From NCBI RefSeq assembly GCF_006345805.1, contig NC_043000.1, positions 62,682,001-62,746,000 on the forward strand: a DNA stretch of 64,000 nt, written 5' to 3'. Positions 12,847-24,990 of the stretch are shown here, in pieces. The first letter of the stretch is position 1. Each line of letters begins with the position of its first letter. Source of the stretch: Octopus sinensis. Lineage: Eukaryota. The position numbers were made by a program, and so were the translations under genes. The notes under the pieces were generated by a model. That model saw nothing but the letters and a program-made list of their open reading frames with translations, did no database searches and was not told the origin of the DNA.

Positions 12847-13740
12847 CTAGCTGGTATACCCGGTAATTCCCGGGGATAATGATGTTCTATTTAAACACCT
12901 TATTACTCTGATATGAAAAAAAGCAATTTCGTTATAAGTGTCACAAAAAGTGTATTTTTCCGTCGCAAAAAAGTACAAAAAACTGTCAGCTGGAGGAAGG
13001 AGAGATTGTTGGAGGTTGGCGTGAGAGGTTTTCGGAAGTTGGCGAGAAAGATTGTCGGAGGTTGGCGAAAGAGGTTGTCGGAGGTTGTCGAGAGAGACTG
13101 CCGGAGGCTGGTGAGAGAGATTGTTGGAGGTTGTCGAGAGAGATTGTTGGAGGTTGGCGAGAGAGGTTGTCGGAGGTTGTCGAGAGAGACTGCCGGAGGC
13201 TGGTGAGAGAGATTGTTGGAGGTTGTCGAGAGAGATTGTTGGAGGTTGGCGAGAGAGGTTGTCGAGAGAGACTGCCGGAGGCTGGTGAGAGAGATTGTTG
13301 GAGGTTGTCGAGAGAGATTGTTGGAGGTTGGCGAGAGAGGTTGTCGGAGGTTGTCGAGAGAGACTGCCGGAGGCTGGTGAGAGAGATTGTTGGAGGTTGT
13401 CGAGAGAGATTGTTGGAGGTTGGCGAGAGAGGTTTTCGGAGGTTGGTGAGAGAGGTTGTCGGAGTTTGGCGAGAGAGGTTGTCGGAGGGAGAGGCATCTT
13501 TGATGCAAAATTTCAATCTTGCAGGGCTTCGTGATACACAATGTTTTTGGTTTTTGCCGTTGGGTGCAGAGATGAATAAATTTTCCGGATTTCCAACCCT
13601 AGAGCATCTGACATGGAGCAATTTCACTTACTCTCTTTGAAGGGCACACAATTCTTTGTTTTTCATCACAAGACACCGGTCGTCTCTCACATACTGCCAT
13701 GTCGACAGTTGAATGTTCCAATAATGTAATATCACAAGAA
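12847..13740 (-). mobile_element. Non-autonomous Helitron-like element carrying a minisatellite (5' boundary uncertain)
   Basis: The minus strand ends in hairpin CCCGGGAATTACCGGG, then about 8 nt, then CTAG|T. The terminal ~135 bp are homologous to 39585-39716. Confidence 0.7.
12990..13490. repeat. 23-bp minisatellite with a 4-monomer (92-bp) higher-order pattern
   Basis: The monomers GGAGGTTGTCGAGAGAGACTGCC / GGAGGCTGGTGAGAGAGATTGTT / GGAGGTTGTCGAGAGAGATTGTT / GGAGGTTGGCGAGAGAGGTTGTC repeat in order. Confidence 0.9.
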
Positions 13741-13788
13741 GTAACTGTTAACCCATTAACAATCTTCTAAACAACAAATAACTTGGTT

Positions 13789-14022
13789 CGTACATTATTT
13801 ACATTCGACGGATATTTGTCCTCTTGTTTGTTGTTAACACAACGTTTCGGCTGATATACCCTCCAGCGTTCTTCGGGTGTCTTAGGGAAATTTCGAACCT
13901 GGGTTCTCATTCCTAAGGTATTCTTCGCTGTTGTTGTTGTTGTTGTTGTCACTGCTTGGAATCGAACTCGGAATCTTGGGGTTAGTAGCCCGCGCTCTTA
14001 ACCACTAAGCCAAATGCCCGTG
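13789..14022 (-). mobile_element. tRNA-headed short element containing a minimal hammerhead ribozyme motif
   Basis: The tRNA-like head (13948-14019) has A box TGGCTTAGTGG and B box GAGTTCGATTCC. It is followed by an (AAC)n linker and a hammerhead-like motif at 13837-13880. Confidence 0.7.
13837..13880 (-). ncRNA. Degenerate minimal type-I hammerhead ribozyme
   Basis: ACAC-CCGAAGA-A-CGCTG-GAGGGTATAT-CAGCC-GAAA-CG-TT-GTGT: stem I ACAC/GTGT and palindromic AACGTT stem III. The core has U4->C and there is one stem II mismatch. Confidence 0.65.
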
Positions 14023-14479
14023 GCCAATATCTCCTCGTGTCACAACAACCTCCTAAGAAGACCGAGTGCAGATATGGGCAGCATATGGGAACCGGTATTA
14101 AGGAAGGATAGAAAAATATTAGATTAATAAGCCCTAAAATTCACTCCATAATTGCCCACGGGCATTTTGGCGTAGTGGTTAAGAGCGTGGGCTTCTTATG
14201 TACATAATTCCTCATCTCTTAAATACAGAACCTTGGTTAGGAGTTCAGTTTTTCTAAGTTACCCTTAACTTTTAGCCGCAGCAATTTGGAAGATTGTTTG
14301 TTTATTTCTTCATAAATTACGAAATATTTATTCCATTCACTTGAAATTTTCACGAAAGATAGATATTAGATATATTTAAATATGTGTAAAATATCTAGTC
14401 TCAACGTGTTTTTAACCTTCTATAATTATTTCAATACACTTGTTTTTACTGACCCTTATATTATGGCCGCTATATACAC

Positions 14480-14885
14480 CGAGCTGGCAGAAACGTTAGC
14501 ACGCCGGGCGAACTGCTTAGCGGTATTTCGTCTGCGTTACGTTGTGAGTTCAAATTCCGCCGAGGTCTACTTTGCCTTTCATCCTTTCGGGGTCGATAAA
14601 TTAAGTACCAGTTACGAACTGGGGTCGATGTAATCGACTTAATACCTATGTCTGTCCTTGTTTGTTCCCTCTGTGTTTGGCCCTTTGTGGGTAATAAAGA
14701 AATAGGTATTTCGTCTGCCGTTACGTTCTGAGTTCAAATTCCGCCGAGATCGACTTTGCCTTTCATCCTTTCTGGATCGATTAAATAAGTACCAGTTATG
14801 CACTGGTGTCGACGTAATCAACTTAATCCCTTTGTTTGTTCCCTCTATGTTCAACCCCGAGTGGGTAATAAAGAAATAAATATTA
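14480..14885 (+). mobile_element. Two tandem family A SINE copies (second is 5'-truncated)
   Basis: The core GGTATTTCGTCTG...AATAAAGAAAT occurs twice, at about 14522 and 14705. Confidence 0.85.
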
Positions 14886-15499
14886 TGGCATTATTTTTTT
14901 TTTTGTCATTGCTTCTTTGTTCTCCTCGTCTACCGTTTTCTTATTCTTTTTTATTTATTATTTTTAACCTTCTCGGCATTTTTTTAATCATCTTCACTTT
15001 CTGCCTTCTAATTTTCCTTCACATTTCTGTCGTTTTCTTTTTCATCTTCTCACTTTCTTTTCTTCGTCAGTCTGGCTCATGTCTCCTTTATCCCGCTCTA
15101 CTTATTCATTATATTTCATCACCATCATTATATTTCTTTTACAACCACTTATCTTCCCCAGTCTCCTGCTCTTTTTCTTTGTTTCTTTCTCTCGTCTCAC
15201 CTTTCTGCTTGGCTTCTCTATTTACCAATGTGTCCTTCTTTCGAGATTACCTCAATCATTAGCTACTATAACAATATGCATATCAAGTTTCTTCTGGAGA
15301 GAGTGGGAAACTCAATATACCGGTTATTCTGTATAACTTCTGTGGCTGTTATCCTAATTATTTGCCAATAATGTCGAGAAACTGGAGAGGTGTTTTTCAA
15401 AATTAGGCCACTTGCTGATAATTATTTATGTATGCATATATTTATATTTACTTATGTTCACGCACACTTGTGAGTATACACGTGTGTAGTAATAACAAT

Positions 15500-15935
15500 G
15501 GTTTCAAGTTTTGGCACAAGGCTAGCAATTTGGGGGAAGGGATAAGCTTATTACATGGACCCCACTGTCCAACTGGTACTTATTTTATCGACCCCAAAAG
15601 GATAAAAGGCGAAGTCGACCTCAGCGGAATTTGAACTCAGAACGTAAAGACAGACGAAATGCTGCAAAGAATTTTGCCCGGCTTGCTAACGATTATGTCA
15701 GTTCGCCGGCTTCATAATTATAATAATGATTTGAAATTTTGGCACAAGGCCAGCAAAATCGAGGGAGGAGTGAATCGATTACATTGACCCCTCCGCTCAA
15801 CTGGTACTTATTTTATCGATCTCGAAAGGATGAAAGGCAAAGTCGACCTCGGCGGAATTTGAACTCCGAATGTAAAGACGAACGACATGCCGCTAAGCAT
15901 TTTGCCCGACGTGCTAACGATTCTGCTGGCTAGCC
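15500..15935 (-). mobile_element. Two adjacent family A SINE copies
   Basis: Reverse-complement matches at about 15500-15712 and 15730-15935. Confidence 0.8.
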
Positions 15936-15944
15936 AATAATAAT

Positions 15945-16352
15945 GAACTTAATTATACAGTGCTCAGATGCACTATAACTCATCAGAAAAGGTAGCCAAA
16001 AGTGCATGCACAGTACACAAATAATGCACAAAAAAATACAAACAGTGAATGAGTCACAAAAATATCTTTAAAAAGAACATCCGATGTAGTGCTGGCGAAT
16101 TTCAGGAAACACGGACGTCTTGAAGGATGTTGTCCCGATATCTAAAAACCGATACGATTAGATAATGCCATGCTTCAGCAATTCTGAGCGTAAAAAGATA
16201 TTTCCGAAAGTCATGGATGCTGTGCTGTTTTTTGATTTTGTTAGCACCTCCGTGGATGTTAAACGTATGGAATTCAAAAAGGTGTCTAAAGTTGTTATTG
16301 GAAAGATGTTGGATAATCTTGTAGGTGTCTACCAAGTCAGTTGCTTGATGTC
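15945..16352 (-). mobile_element. 3' end of a CR1-type LINE
   Basis: 'DLVDTYKII..KIKKQHSIHDFRKYLFTLRIAEAW'. Homologous to 61729-62198. Confidence 0.8.
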
Positions 16353-16357
16353 GGGGA

Positions 16358-17240
16358 GCTCCTTTAGAAACGCACCTCTCAAAGAAAATGTAATGAAAAT
16401 GGGAACTATATACAAAATAAATGATGTATGCAAAAAATTAGAAAAATTCATCCATTTTTAAATATTTTATACCAAAAAATAAAACAAACGGAAAACCATG
16501 TCGGACGATACAAGGGGCGGTAATTTACTTTTACCAGTCAAGTATTATTAATGATACGAGGAGCCCGACAATATCGTTTGCAAATTCTTGATTGTTTTTA
16601 ATCAGATTTTTTTTACTGTACATACTCGCTAGGGTTAGTGTTAGTTATTGGTCTTTTCTATTGTTCCCAAATCTCTTCCGAGACGAAATAAAGTAATAGA
16701 ATTAAAAATTCCACGTTCAGGCTCAAAATTTGACATAATAGTACGTATTGGTTATAAACTGAATTTCAAGAAACAGATTGTAAAACGGTCTTCTTACGAT
16801 TCGCAGACGATATTGTCGGGCCCCACGAATCATTAATAATAGTTGGAATTACAAAAAAAAAAAAAAAAAAAGACGAAGACAATGTGTGTAAACAACAAAC
16901 AGATGTATTAGTTTAACGCTCAGGAAGTGAGGAAGTCTTTTATGTTTCGAGCCTACGCTCTTCAACAGAAAGGAACTCAGAAATAAGCAGAGAGAAAATA
17001 AAAAAGTTTTAGTGGCGACCTTACTGGTAAAAGCAATTTACCGCCCCTTGTATCGTCTGACGTTTGTTTATATTCACGAGTGGCCGTTTTCCGTTTGTTT
17101 TATTTTTTCGTATAAAATATTTTAAAATGGACGAATCTTTTTAATTTTTTGCATACGTTATTTACTTTGTATATATTTTCCATTTCCATAACTTTTTTTT
17201 TAATTGCATTGTCTTGGAGAGGTGCGTTTCTAAAGGAGTG
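16358..17240. repeat. Nested inverted repeats (outer ~180-bp arms, inner ~45-bp arms)
   Basis: 16358-16540 pairs with 17020-17240, and 16541-16585 pairs with 16795-16842. Confidence 0.85.
16936..16972 (-). ncRNA. Degenerate minimal hammerhead motif
   Basis: CTTT-CTGTTGA-A-GAGC-GTAG-GCTC-GAAA-CA-TA-AAAG. Stems I and II are intact, the core has A->T, and stem III has CG->CA. Confidence 0.6.
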
Positions 17241-19243
17241 CCGGTGTTGGAGCTTTATTTAATGTGTCAATTTTATTTAAATGACTAAGAAGGATGAAAT
17301 GAAGAAATGACATCTGTGGGATTTTAATTGCTGTAGCAAAAGTGACGTAACTATACACCACAAGGTAATTTGTCCGACACTCTACTACGCTACCAATTCA
17401 CGATCTAGATGTTCTATATAATCGCATAAAAACGTCTTAGAAAAAATGGCTACCATAAAAGTACTGCTAGTTACGCTTTGCCTAAAAGTGAAATGGGATT
17501 ATCACAGCTGGAACGACATTTTTGATCACAGGTCAGCTAGCATATTATCATGTTACGAATGTTCTCTTTTAAATATAAAACAAGTTCTGCAGAAAGTTCA
17601 AACATGAGCTACTGTTTTTGTTTTGTTTTGTTTTTTAAATATAAGTAACTATCTCATTTTCTTGTCCAGATACATTACATTGAATCACCGAATATGTGAA
17701 TGAAAGTAGTTCTTAAAAATATTTATCAAAATAGTTATTTTAAAAATCAACTCAACTAGTCTGCCAGGACTTTAGATGTTTCTTCAGTCAAATGATAACC
17801 TCTCTCTCATACTTGCTTCAAGAAACTACAGTTTAAATTACACTGACAAAGCGATAAGTTCTGTAAAATCTGACAAAACAATACATTAATAAAAGTCTAT
17901 TGTTTCACCACTGGGATAAACATATTGTTTCGAAAACAAAAAATAAGATTGATTTTTATAAATTCCCTAAAATCTTGGTGATAATCAAAGTTGTTTTCTA
18001 AATATCTGTGGATTTCAGATACTATGTAACAACCACAAAGAAAGATGTAGTGAGGGTAAAAGCTTGATTTCACAAAATCACTTTACATAGCTTTGTTTTG
18101 TTATCTCTTGACTGCTGTTTAATGTAGATTTTCTTCATTGTTTGATGCATAGTTGACATTATTCAGTAACGTTTTGATGCTGTTAATTATAGCTTGGTAT
18201 TTCATGTTACTCCACATTGATTGGTACAGTTTAGTAAACGTTATCATCCTATTACTTTTAATCAGTCTGTCCTTCTTGATTCCAAGTTTGAATCAGTTTT
18301 GCTCTCTCTTTCTCCAGAGTTGATAAAAAGGGAAGTCTTTATGTGGTCACTCAGCTTGTTTAGCAGGTAAATATCCTACATACAATAGGACACTTTAGAT
18401 GCACTATAAAATAATAAAGTGTTGGGATGATCATTGATGTATGACCTTTGATCAGAGGTCTACCTGGTCGCAGCTGACACAGCGCTCAACAACAGACTAC
18501 TTTCCTCTTCAACAAAAACAGGCCTTATCCCATTGAAAACAATATTTCTTCTTGAATGTATGTTGTGTAGCACCTGATCTGTTCTTATTGAGCAGGCCTA
18601 TCATGAAAGATGTTCCACATTAAAGAAGTCTCAAACAGCAATGATGGAGATATACAGACACTGCCTTAGTTTTCTCTCTAGATTTCCGAAACAAAATCTT
18701 TTGTATCATAAGGTGCTTCAGAGTTAAAAAAACTAATAACAAGGATACATCAAATCTATATAGCTGTTATTTCTAGCAGCTCAAGTAACCATATAGGCAC
18801 AGAGAGGATTCTAAAGCATCTAAAAAAAAAATCACTGGATGACATTAAACCGGGTGATGTATTAAGTCTACCATCCGAGCAGGCTACTGTGGGGTTTGAA
18901 CTCAGAACTCAAAGACCAGGAACAAATTCCACAAGACATCTTGTCCAACCTATTGATGTAATGATTCTGCCAGTCCATTTACAATGGATTAGTACCTTAG
19001 TTATCGATTCTGGAAGTGAGTTTTCAAAATTCTTCTTAAAATTCTAAACACTCAGTATGAATGGTAGCCCTTAAGGATTTTGAGTTTTGCTCCACATTTC
19101 CTTGGTTATTTAAGTGATATATCAATAAGTTATCAGAAGTGTCATGTTTTAAGCATCTAAAAATTCACAAGTCACCCAAAAGCTTCTTAAAATATTTCAC
19201 TTATTTCGATTATATATATACACACACACACACACATACACAT

Positions 19244-19470
19244 ATCATCATTTAATGGCCCTTTTCCATGCCGGCATGAGTTGGACAGTTTGACCAAAGC
19301 TGGTCAGCTGCAGAGCTGTCCAAGCTCCACTTGTCTGTTTTGGCATGGTTTCTACAGCTGGATGTCTTTCCTAACACCAACCACTTTACAGAGTGTACTA
19401 GATGCTTTTACATAACACTGGCACAAGTGCATTTTATGTGGCACCAGTACCTGCAAAACAAGACCACTTG
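19244..19470 (-). mobile_element. SINE/LINE-tail repeat with (ATG)n tail (family C)
   Basis: Related to 35175-35301. Ends in ...TTAAATGATGATA on the minus strand. Confidence 0.6.
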
Positions 19471-19861
19471 GCTTGGAGAGGGAATAGGGGCACTGTCATA
19501 AAGTGACTCAAGGCCCATCTCAGCCCTTGAGTCACTTTATAAAATCTACCAATCAAAAATATTAGGTCGTCAAGTATGAAATTTGTAGTAAGGTATATGG
19601 TAAACTTTGACAGCTGCTCATTTTGTGCCATTATTATATTTTGACAATATTTTTTGTTAGAAAACTGACACATCTATTTCTTTATTCTAAATCATTTTGT
19701 ACTTTATAAAGTATTTATAAATCATTTTTTGCTGTTTTTGTTTAGAGATGGATGAGTCGGAAATTCGTAGTTTTGAAATACAAGTTCTTTCTTGGAAATA
19801 CAGCATCACAGACAACTCTGAATATTAATGGAGTATTTCATTCTAATGTTATTACACAGCA

Positions 19862-20620
19862 GATACTGGCTTCATTTCTTTCAAGCCTATGCATGTCATC
19901 AGCTGTCACAGTTCATGCTTCACTGCTATGCAGCATAGCTGTTCGCACACAGGTTTACAACAATCTGCCTTTCACTTTCACTTTCACAGAAAGGCCCTTT
20001 GTTACCAGCAGGGGTAGGAGCTCTCTGAACTTTGCCCGTTCTAATCTTATTCTCACAGCTACACTCTCGGAGCTTCCACCTCCACTACTAACTTGGTCAC
20101 CTAGATAACGGAAGCTATCTACTACCTCTAGCTTGTTCCCCTGGCAGTTCATGGAGTCTATTTTCTGCCCATTTTCAACGTTTATTGTAACTGTGCATCT
20201 CACATACAAAAACTAGTTTTCTTGTTAACCTTCCCCTGATATTGCTGCACCTTTTATGTGTCCAAAGTTTACACTGAGTGCATCTTATGGAGTTTCTACC
20301 TACACCTTTTCTACAGATTGAACAAGGCCACAAGAGCAATGTCATCAGCATAGAAGAGCTCCCAGGGGCAGCCTGTCTTGAATTCCTCTGTTATTGCAAG
20401 ACTATAATGAACAAAAGGGGTCTGAGCACCGATCCTTGGTGAACCCCTACTTGTACCCTGAATTCTTCACTGTACTCATTGCCAAACCTCACCTTACTGG
20501 TAGCATCCCTGTACATAGCTTGTACAGCTTTCACCAACCACTCATCTATCCCTGGTTTCCACATTGACAACCAGATAAGGGATTGGAGGACCCTATCAAA
20601 GGCTTTCTCCAAGTCAACAA
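19862..20620 (-). mobile_element. RTE LINE reverse-transcriptase fragment
   Basis: 'VDLEKAFDRV..GVHQGSVLRPLLFIIVLQ', 'ELFYADD' and 'LEVVDSFRYLG', with deletions and stops. Confidence 0.9.
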
Positions 20621-20789
20621 AGGTCTTGATTAAGTAAACCTATGATTAAAGACATTCCAACTATGTCAATCCAATCTTTTATTCACACATCTAGAATTAC
20701 ATACTCCAAAACATTGTTCCTTTTCTTAAAGACAGTGTGTCTCTTACTGACTTATAGCGGGTCTACCAACCAGGTAGTCAGTTCATTAA

Positions 20790-21012
20790 CCTCTTTCTTA
20801 TCATATTTTTTTTGAAATACACTGCTTTTGTTTCAATTAATTTTGGAAATAATGAAAAATTTATTAAAATAACTTTATTTTTATTAAGCTAGTTTTTGGA
20901 ATATAAATTATCATTAAATTTTGATAAATGGGTTTTAAGATGGATTACTTTAAAACATGAAGTTTGTATCAAAGAAACAGGGCCAGTTTTGAGTGGGTTT
21001 GTATCCAAAGGG
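20790..21012. mobile_element. piggyBac-like MITE (inverted relative of 63504-63730)
   Basis: TTAACCTCTTT...AAAGGGCTAA ends. The interior is similar to the reverse complement of the 63.5-63.7 kb element. Confidence 0.55.
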
Positions 21013-21329
21013 CTAAAATGATGTTGACAAAACTGCTGCTGCTATCTTTTTCTTCTTCCAATTAGGACTCACGCCATTAGCCACAAAGAATAATCTCTAA
21101 TTCGAGCCTACTCTAAGCTACTAAGAAGGTGTGTGCCAACTTGAAGATCCACCCACCACACGTGATAGACTGGCAGTTGTACGGGCATGAAAGCTACATT
21201 GTTATCCTCATTCCATAAATGGTGGCTTTTAACAGGTAGAGAGCTGAACCATCCTGGGGTACAGAGGATTCACAATCTAGACTAGGGTTTGAAAGTTTAC
21301 CACACCATAGTGGGTTACACCATGGTTCC

Positions 21330-21521
21330 TCTGCTTTGTGTCAGAAGTAGGAAGAAAGAGTGAGAAAAATTTGTGGTGAAAGGGTACAGTGGGGTTCACC
21401 CCCACCCACCCACCAGAGCCTCGTGGAGCTTAGGTATTTTTGCTCAATAATGTCTGGGAATTGAAACCGCGTTCTTACGACCATGAGTTCGCTGCCCTAA
21501 CCACTGGGCCATTGCGCCTCT
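21330..21521 (-). mobile_element. tRNA-derived SINE (family D)
   Basis: Head GAGGCGCAATGGCCCAGTGGTTAGGGCAGCG...GGTTTCAATTCCC with A and B boxes. Confidence 0.65.
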
Positions 21522-22237
21522 ACTGCTGTTGTTGTTGTTGGCGATATTGGAGGCAACAGCAGCAATGGTAATGAGAGCTTCATACTATAATTTCAGATTA
21601 CCCAATTAAAATATTTATGCAGTTTTAAGATATTATGAGGGTGCAAAAAATAAATAAATTATTTAATTAATTAAATGCTGAAAGCAAATATATTACAATA
21701 AATAACTAGCTAACTAAATAAATAAATATGTTGAAAGCAAATAAATCTTTTTCTGTTCGTTTTCAGTGTAACTTTGACCAACAGAAATTGCTCAGAGGTA
21801 GCACACTCTGTTGTAAAATCTAAGTAACAACATGTAGTACTTATTTATCACCTTGATACATTAGAGGCAAAAAAAAAGCTAATAATAAAAAAATAAGATA
21901 AAAACAAAAATGACTAACTAAAAATATTTCAGTAAAACAGAAGTGAGTAAGAATGGTTTCAATGCAATCTTGTTTACTTACATAAATCATTGCGTTTGTT
22001 ATAGTGTTGAAGAGTGTTGATGTCTTGATGAACTGCCAGCTATGATATATGGAAGCACATCATGTCAGGAAACAATGTATGTGTCTGTTATTAATCATGG
22101 CACAAATAAATCAAGTCGAAGAAAACATAAAACAGACACTGAAATCTTGCATATTTATTTTGAATTATTTATTTTAAAAATTGGATATAAAAAAATAAAT
22201 TCAAATGTCAAACAAAATACATACATACATGCATACA

Positions 22238-22450
22238 TACGAAAGGGTACTGGAAAGTTTTTGACTTTAAGAGTATCATGAAAGGCCTGGTTGGAGGCCC
22301 AACCTTCTGAGTTCTTTTACAGGGCTTAGAAAAACTGAAGGACTGCTGAGATAAGTGTGCAAATCTGAGGAGAACATGTTGAATAAAATTATAAGTAACT
22401 AATCCTCCTGAATTTTTTATTTATTCAAAGCCAGGAACTTTTCAGCACTA
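22238..22450. mobile_element. Mariner-derived MITE
   Basis: GTACTGGAAAGTTTTTGACTTT / AAAGCCAGGAACTTTTCAGCAC imperfect TIRs. The interior resembles a mariner C-terminus. Confidence 0.6.
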
Positions 22451-22739
22451 TGTGTCAGGTGTAGTTGAGAAAGACACCAGCTACTCTGCCTGCAACACCA
22501 AGGCCAAGACCAGGATGTTCAAATATATCCCCTGAACGCATGAGAATCTGGTATGTGAGGAATGCATGTACTAGGTTCTGGCATCATCTTGAGGCTGTGG
22601 TGAGGGCATAATCTAGTTGGTATTTTTGTATATTTTAAAATACTTTTATTTTTAGATGGGATATTGATTTCTTTTTCCCTTTTATGTAAACTTTCAAATT
22701 TATCCCAAATACTTTATATATACATGTGTGTTGGTTATC

Positions 22740-23150
22740 CAATGTCCTGGTACACAAGGCAAAGGGCTTCCTAGCACTTGCCCGTCTTCATGCTTCCATC
22801 AAAATCAGGGATGTGTGTGCCAGGAAACTGCCCTACACACAAGACTCAGCACTCATAACTAGCAATATTGAAGACAATGCAACACATTGTGGACCAGTTT
22901 TCTTGAGTAGCAAACATGTCTAATCTCAAGAAAACTGAGTTGCTCTACCAAGATGTCCTAATAGATTGAGAGAGCCCCTAAAGTACACCAAGGCTTTTAC
23001 CTATCTCAGTAGTTCAATGACTTGTACTAATTCTTCTGACCTTGAAGTTCAGAAGCGAAAACAATCTGAGCAACAGATCTTTTGGGTCCCTCAAGAAGCA
23101 TCTATGAAACTACCATAACACTGCCCACAACATAAAGATAAAGGTGTACA
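22740..23150 (+). mobile_element. Old RTE-BovB-like RT fragment
   Basis: 'LARLHASIKIRDVCARKLPYTQDSALI' resembles the BovB-type 'LRAKTKVR..IRELLFADD.AL'. Confidence 0.55.
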
Positions 23151-23621
23151 GTTAGGCTATATTGCACCTACACACACATACATAGTAGTGAGTGGGAACA
23201 GAGAGGCTAGGAATGAGTGAGGGTTTGCAAGAATGTATGGTAGGGGGAAGAGATAGGGGAAATGGGAAAAAGTAAGGTAGGAAACATTTGTAAAGACTGA
23301 GAAAGATTGAAGGATGGGTGGAGGGAGTGATGGATATAGAAGTTGGAGGTGTATGAATTGGAGAAGGCAGACAGATGCTTGTAGCAGGATAGTAATGATG
23401 ATACAGTTGACAGAGGGAGGAAATGGATGGCATGTTTTTGGCACACTGCAGTTGTGAGGGAGAGAGAGAGAGCAGGCATAGAGCATGAGCAAAGATGATA
23501 TGGTAGTTTGAGTGGGGAAAGTCATTTACCCAAGATGCTATGCAGTGGGACTGAACTAGATGTAGAGTTAGAAAAGTGACCCTCCCAACCATTTTGCTAT
23601 ACTGCACCTACAAATATAAAC

Positions 23622-23890
23622 CGAGGTGTACATTGTATTATATATCTATTAAGGTTGATATTACCAATCAATTTCATACTAGGGGTTCAATGGAGTGTTA
23701 GGTAACAGTCTGATCATGTAACCCTGCACTTTTCAGAGGTAGTAGTTATGAAAGGAAATATGGTGACTGCGATCTCTGAAGAGTGCAGGGTTACATAATT
23801 GGGCTGTTACATCACACTCTGTTGAACCCCTAGCGTGAAACCAATTGGTACGGTTGGCAATAATGGATATATAATATTCTACGCTTCAAT
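23622..23890. repeat. Inverted pair, each arm carrying a hammerhead-like motif
   Basis: Right arm: CTGAAGA (23776)-GTGCAGGG...CCCTAGCGT-GAAA (23837)-CC-AATT-GG-TA. The left arm is a diverged reverse complement. Confidence 0.7.
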
Positions 23891-23963
23891 TAATATACCT
23901 ACTGTACTGACAAATAAATGAGTGCATATTTTTTCTGATTTATGGTTTCTTAGACAGCTATGT

Positions 23964-24018
<55 letters not shown>

Positions 24019-24369
24019 CAGGGTGTTCCAAAAATCACTGATGGCTTTTAATTTTTAATAAGTTCCTTAACTTTACAAATAAATGCATGAAGGAGAACAT
24101 CAATAGAGAAATCAGAGAAGTGGGGTCTGAAACCCTTGAGGATGTTATTGTGCAAGTTTTCGAAAGAGCACAGGCATGCAAAGCCACAAATGGCTGCCAT
24201 TTAAGCAATGTCATTTTTCATACGTGATGCAGTTGTGTTGCAAAATTTGACTTGTGCATATTAATTTCCATTATGTCCTTTATATTGAATCAAAATTTCA
24301 TGCATTTATTTGTAAAGTTAAGGAAGTTATTAAAAACTGAAACCCATCAGTGACTTTTGGGAAACCCTG
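24019..24369. mobile_element. Tc1/mariner MITE
   Basis: TA|CAGGGTGTTCCAAAAATCACTGATGG...CCATCAGTGACTTTTGGGAAACCCTG|TA. The inverted arms extend about 75 bp. Confidence 0.85.
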
Positions 24370-24423
24370 TATATGTATATATATATGTATGTATGTAAAC
24401 ATACACACACACATACGTATTTG

Positions 24424-24461
<38 letters not shown>

Positions 24462-24780
24462 CACATAATTTTGCAATATCTTTCCATGGAACTTAGCTCT
24501 TCCTTTCTTCTTTGCTTTTCCTTGAAATAGTGTTATTGTCCAAAATACAGAACACTTCTCATTTCTTTTTCTTCTTTTCGGCATTAAACTATTATTATAA
24601 AGTTTTCTTTGTAGTAGGAGTTGAAATTGATTTGTTTCTGTTCCTGAGACCTTTACCTTGGATCCTAAACTTTTCATTTTATTACTTTATTGTAAACCTA
24701 GACACCCCCATAATCTCAAATTACTTTAGATTACAGCTGATCTATTATTGTTGTTGTTGTTATTATCATCATCATCATTA

Positions 24781-24990
24781 AGGCAGTGAGCTGGCAGAAT
24801 CATTAGCACTCCAGGCGAAATGCTTAGCAGTATTTTGTCTGTCACTACGTTCTGAGTTCAAATTCCACCAAGGTCAACTTTGCCTTTCATCCTTTTAGGG
24901 TTGATGAAATAAGTATCAGTTACACACTGGGGTTGATGTAATCAACTCATCCCCACCTCCCCCAAGCTGCCCTTGTGGCAAAAATTTGAA
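24781..24990 (+). mobile_element. tRNA-derived SINE, family A
   Basis: Full-length match to the other copies, with an (ATT)n tail. Confidence 0.85.

Noticed and set aside
12847-13640. Overlapping ~200-aa ORFs on both strands
   Set aside because: They result from a stop-free 23-bp minisatellite whose period is not a multiple of 3.
13948-14019. Functional tRNA gene
   Set aside because: Acceptor and T stems are imperfect, there is no T-run terminator, and it is embedded in a repeat with a second partial copy. Treated as a SINE head.
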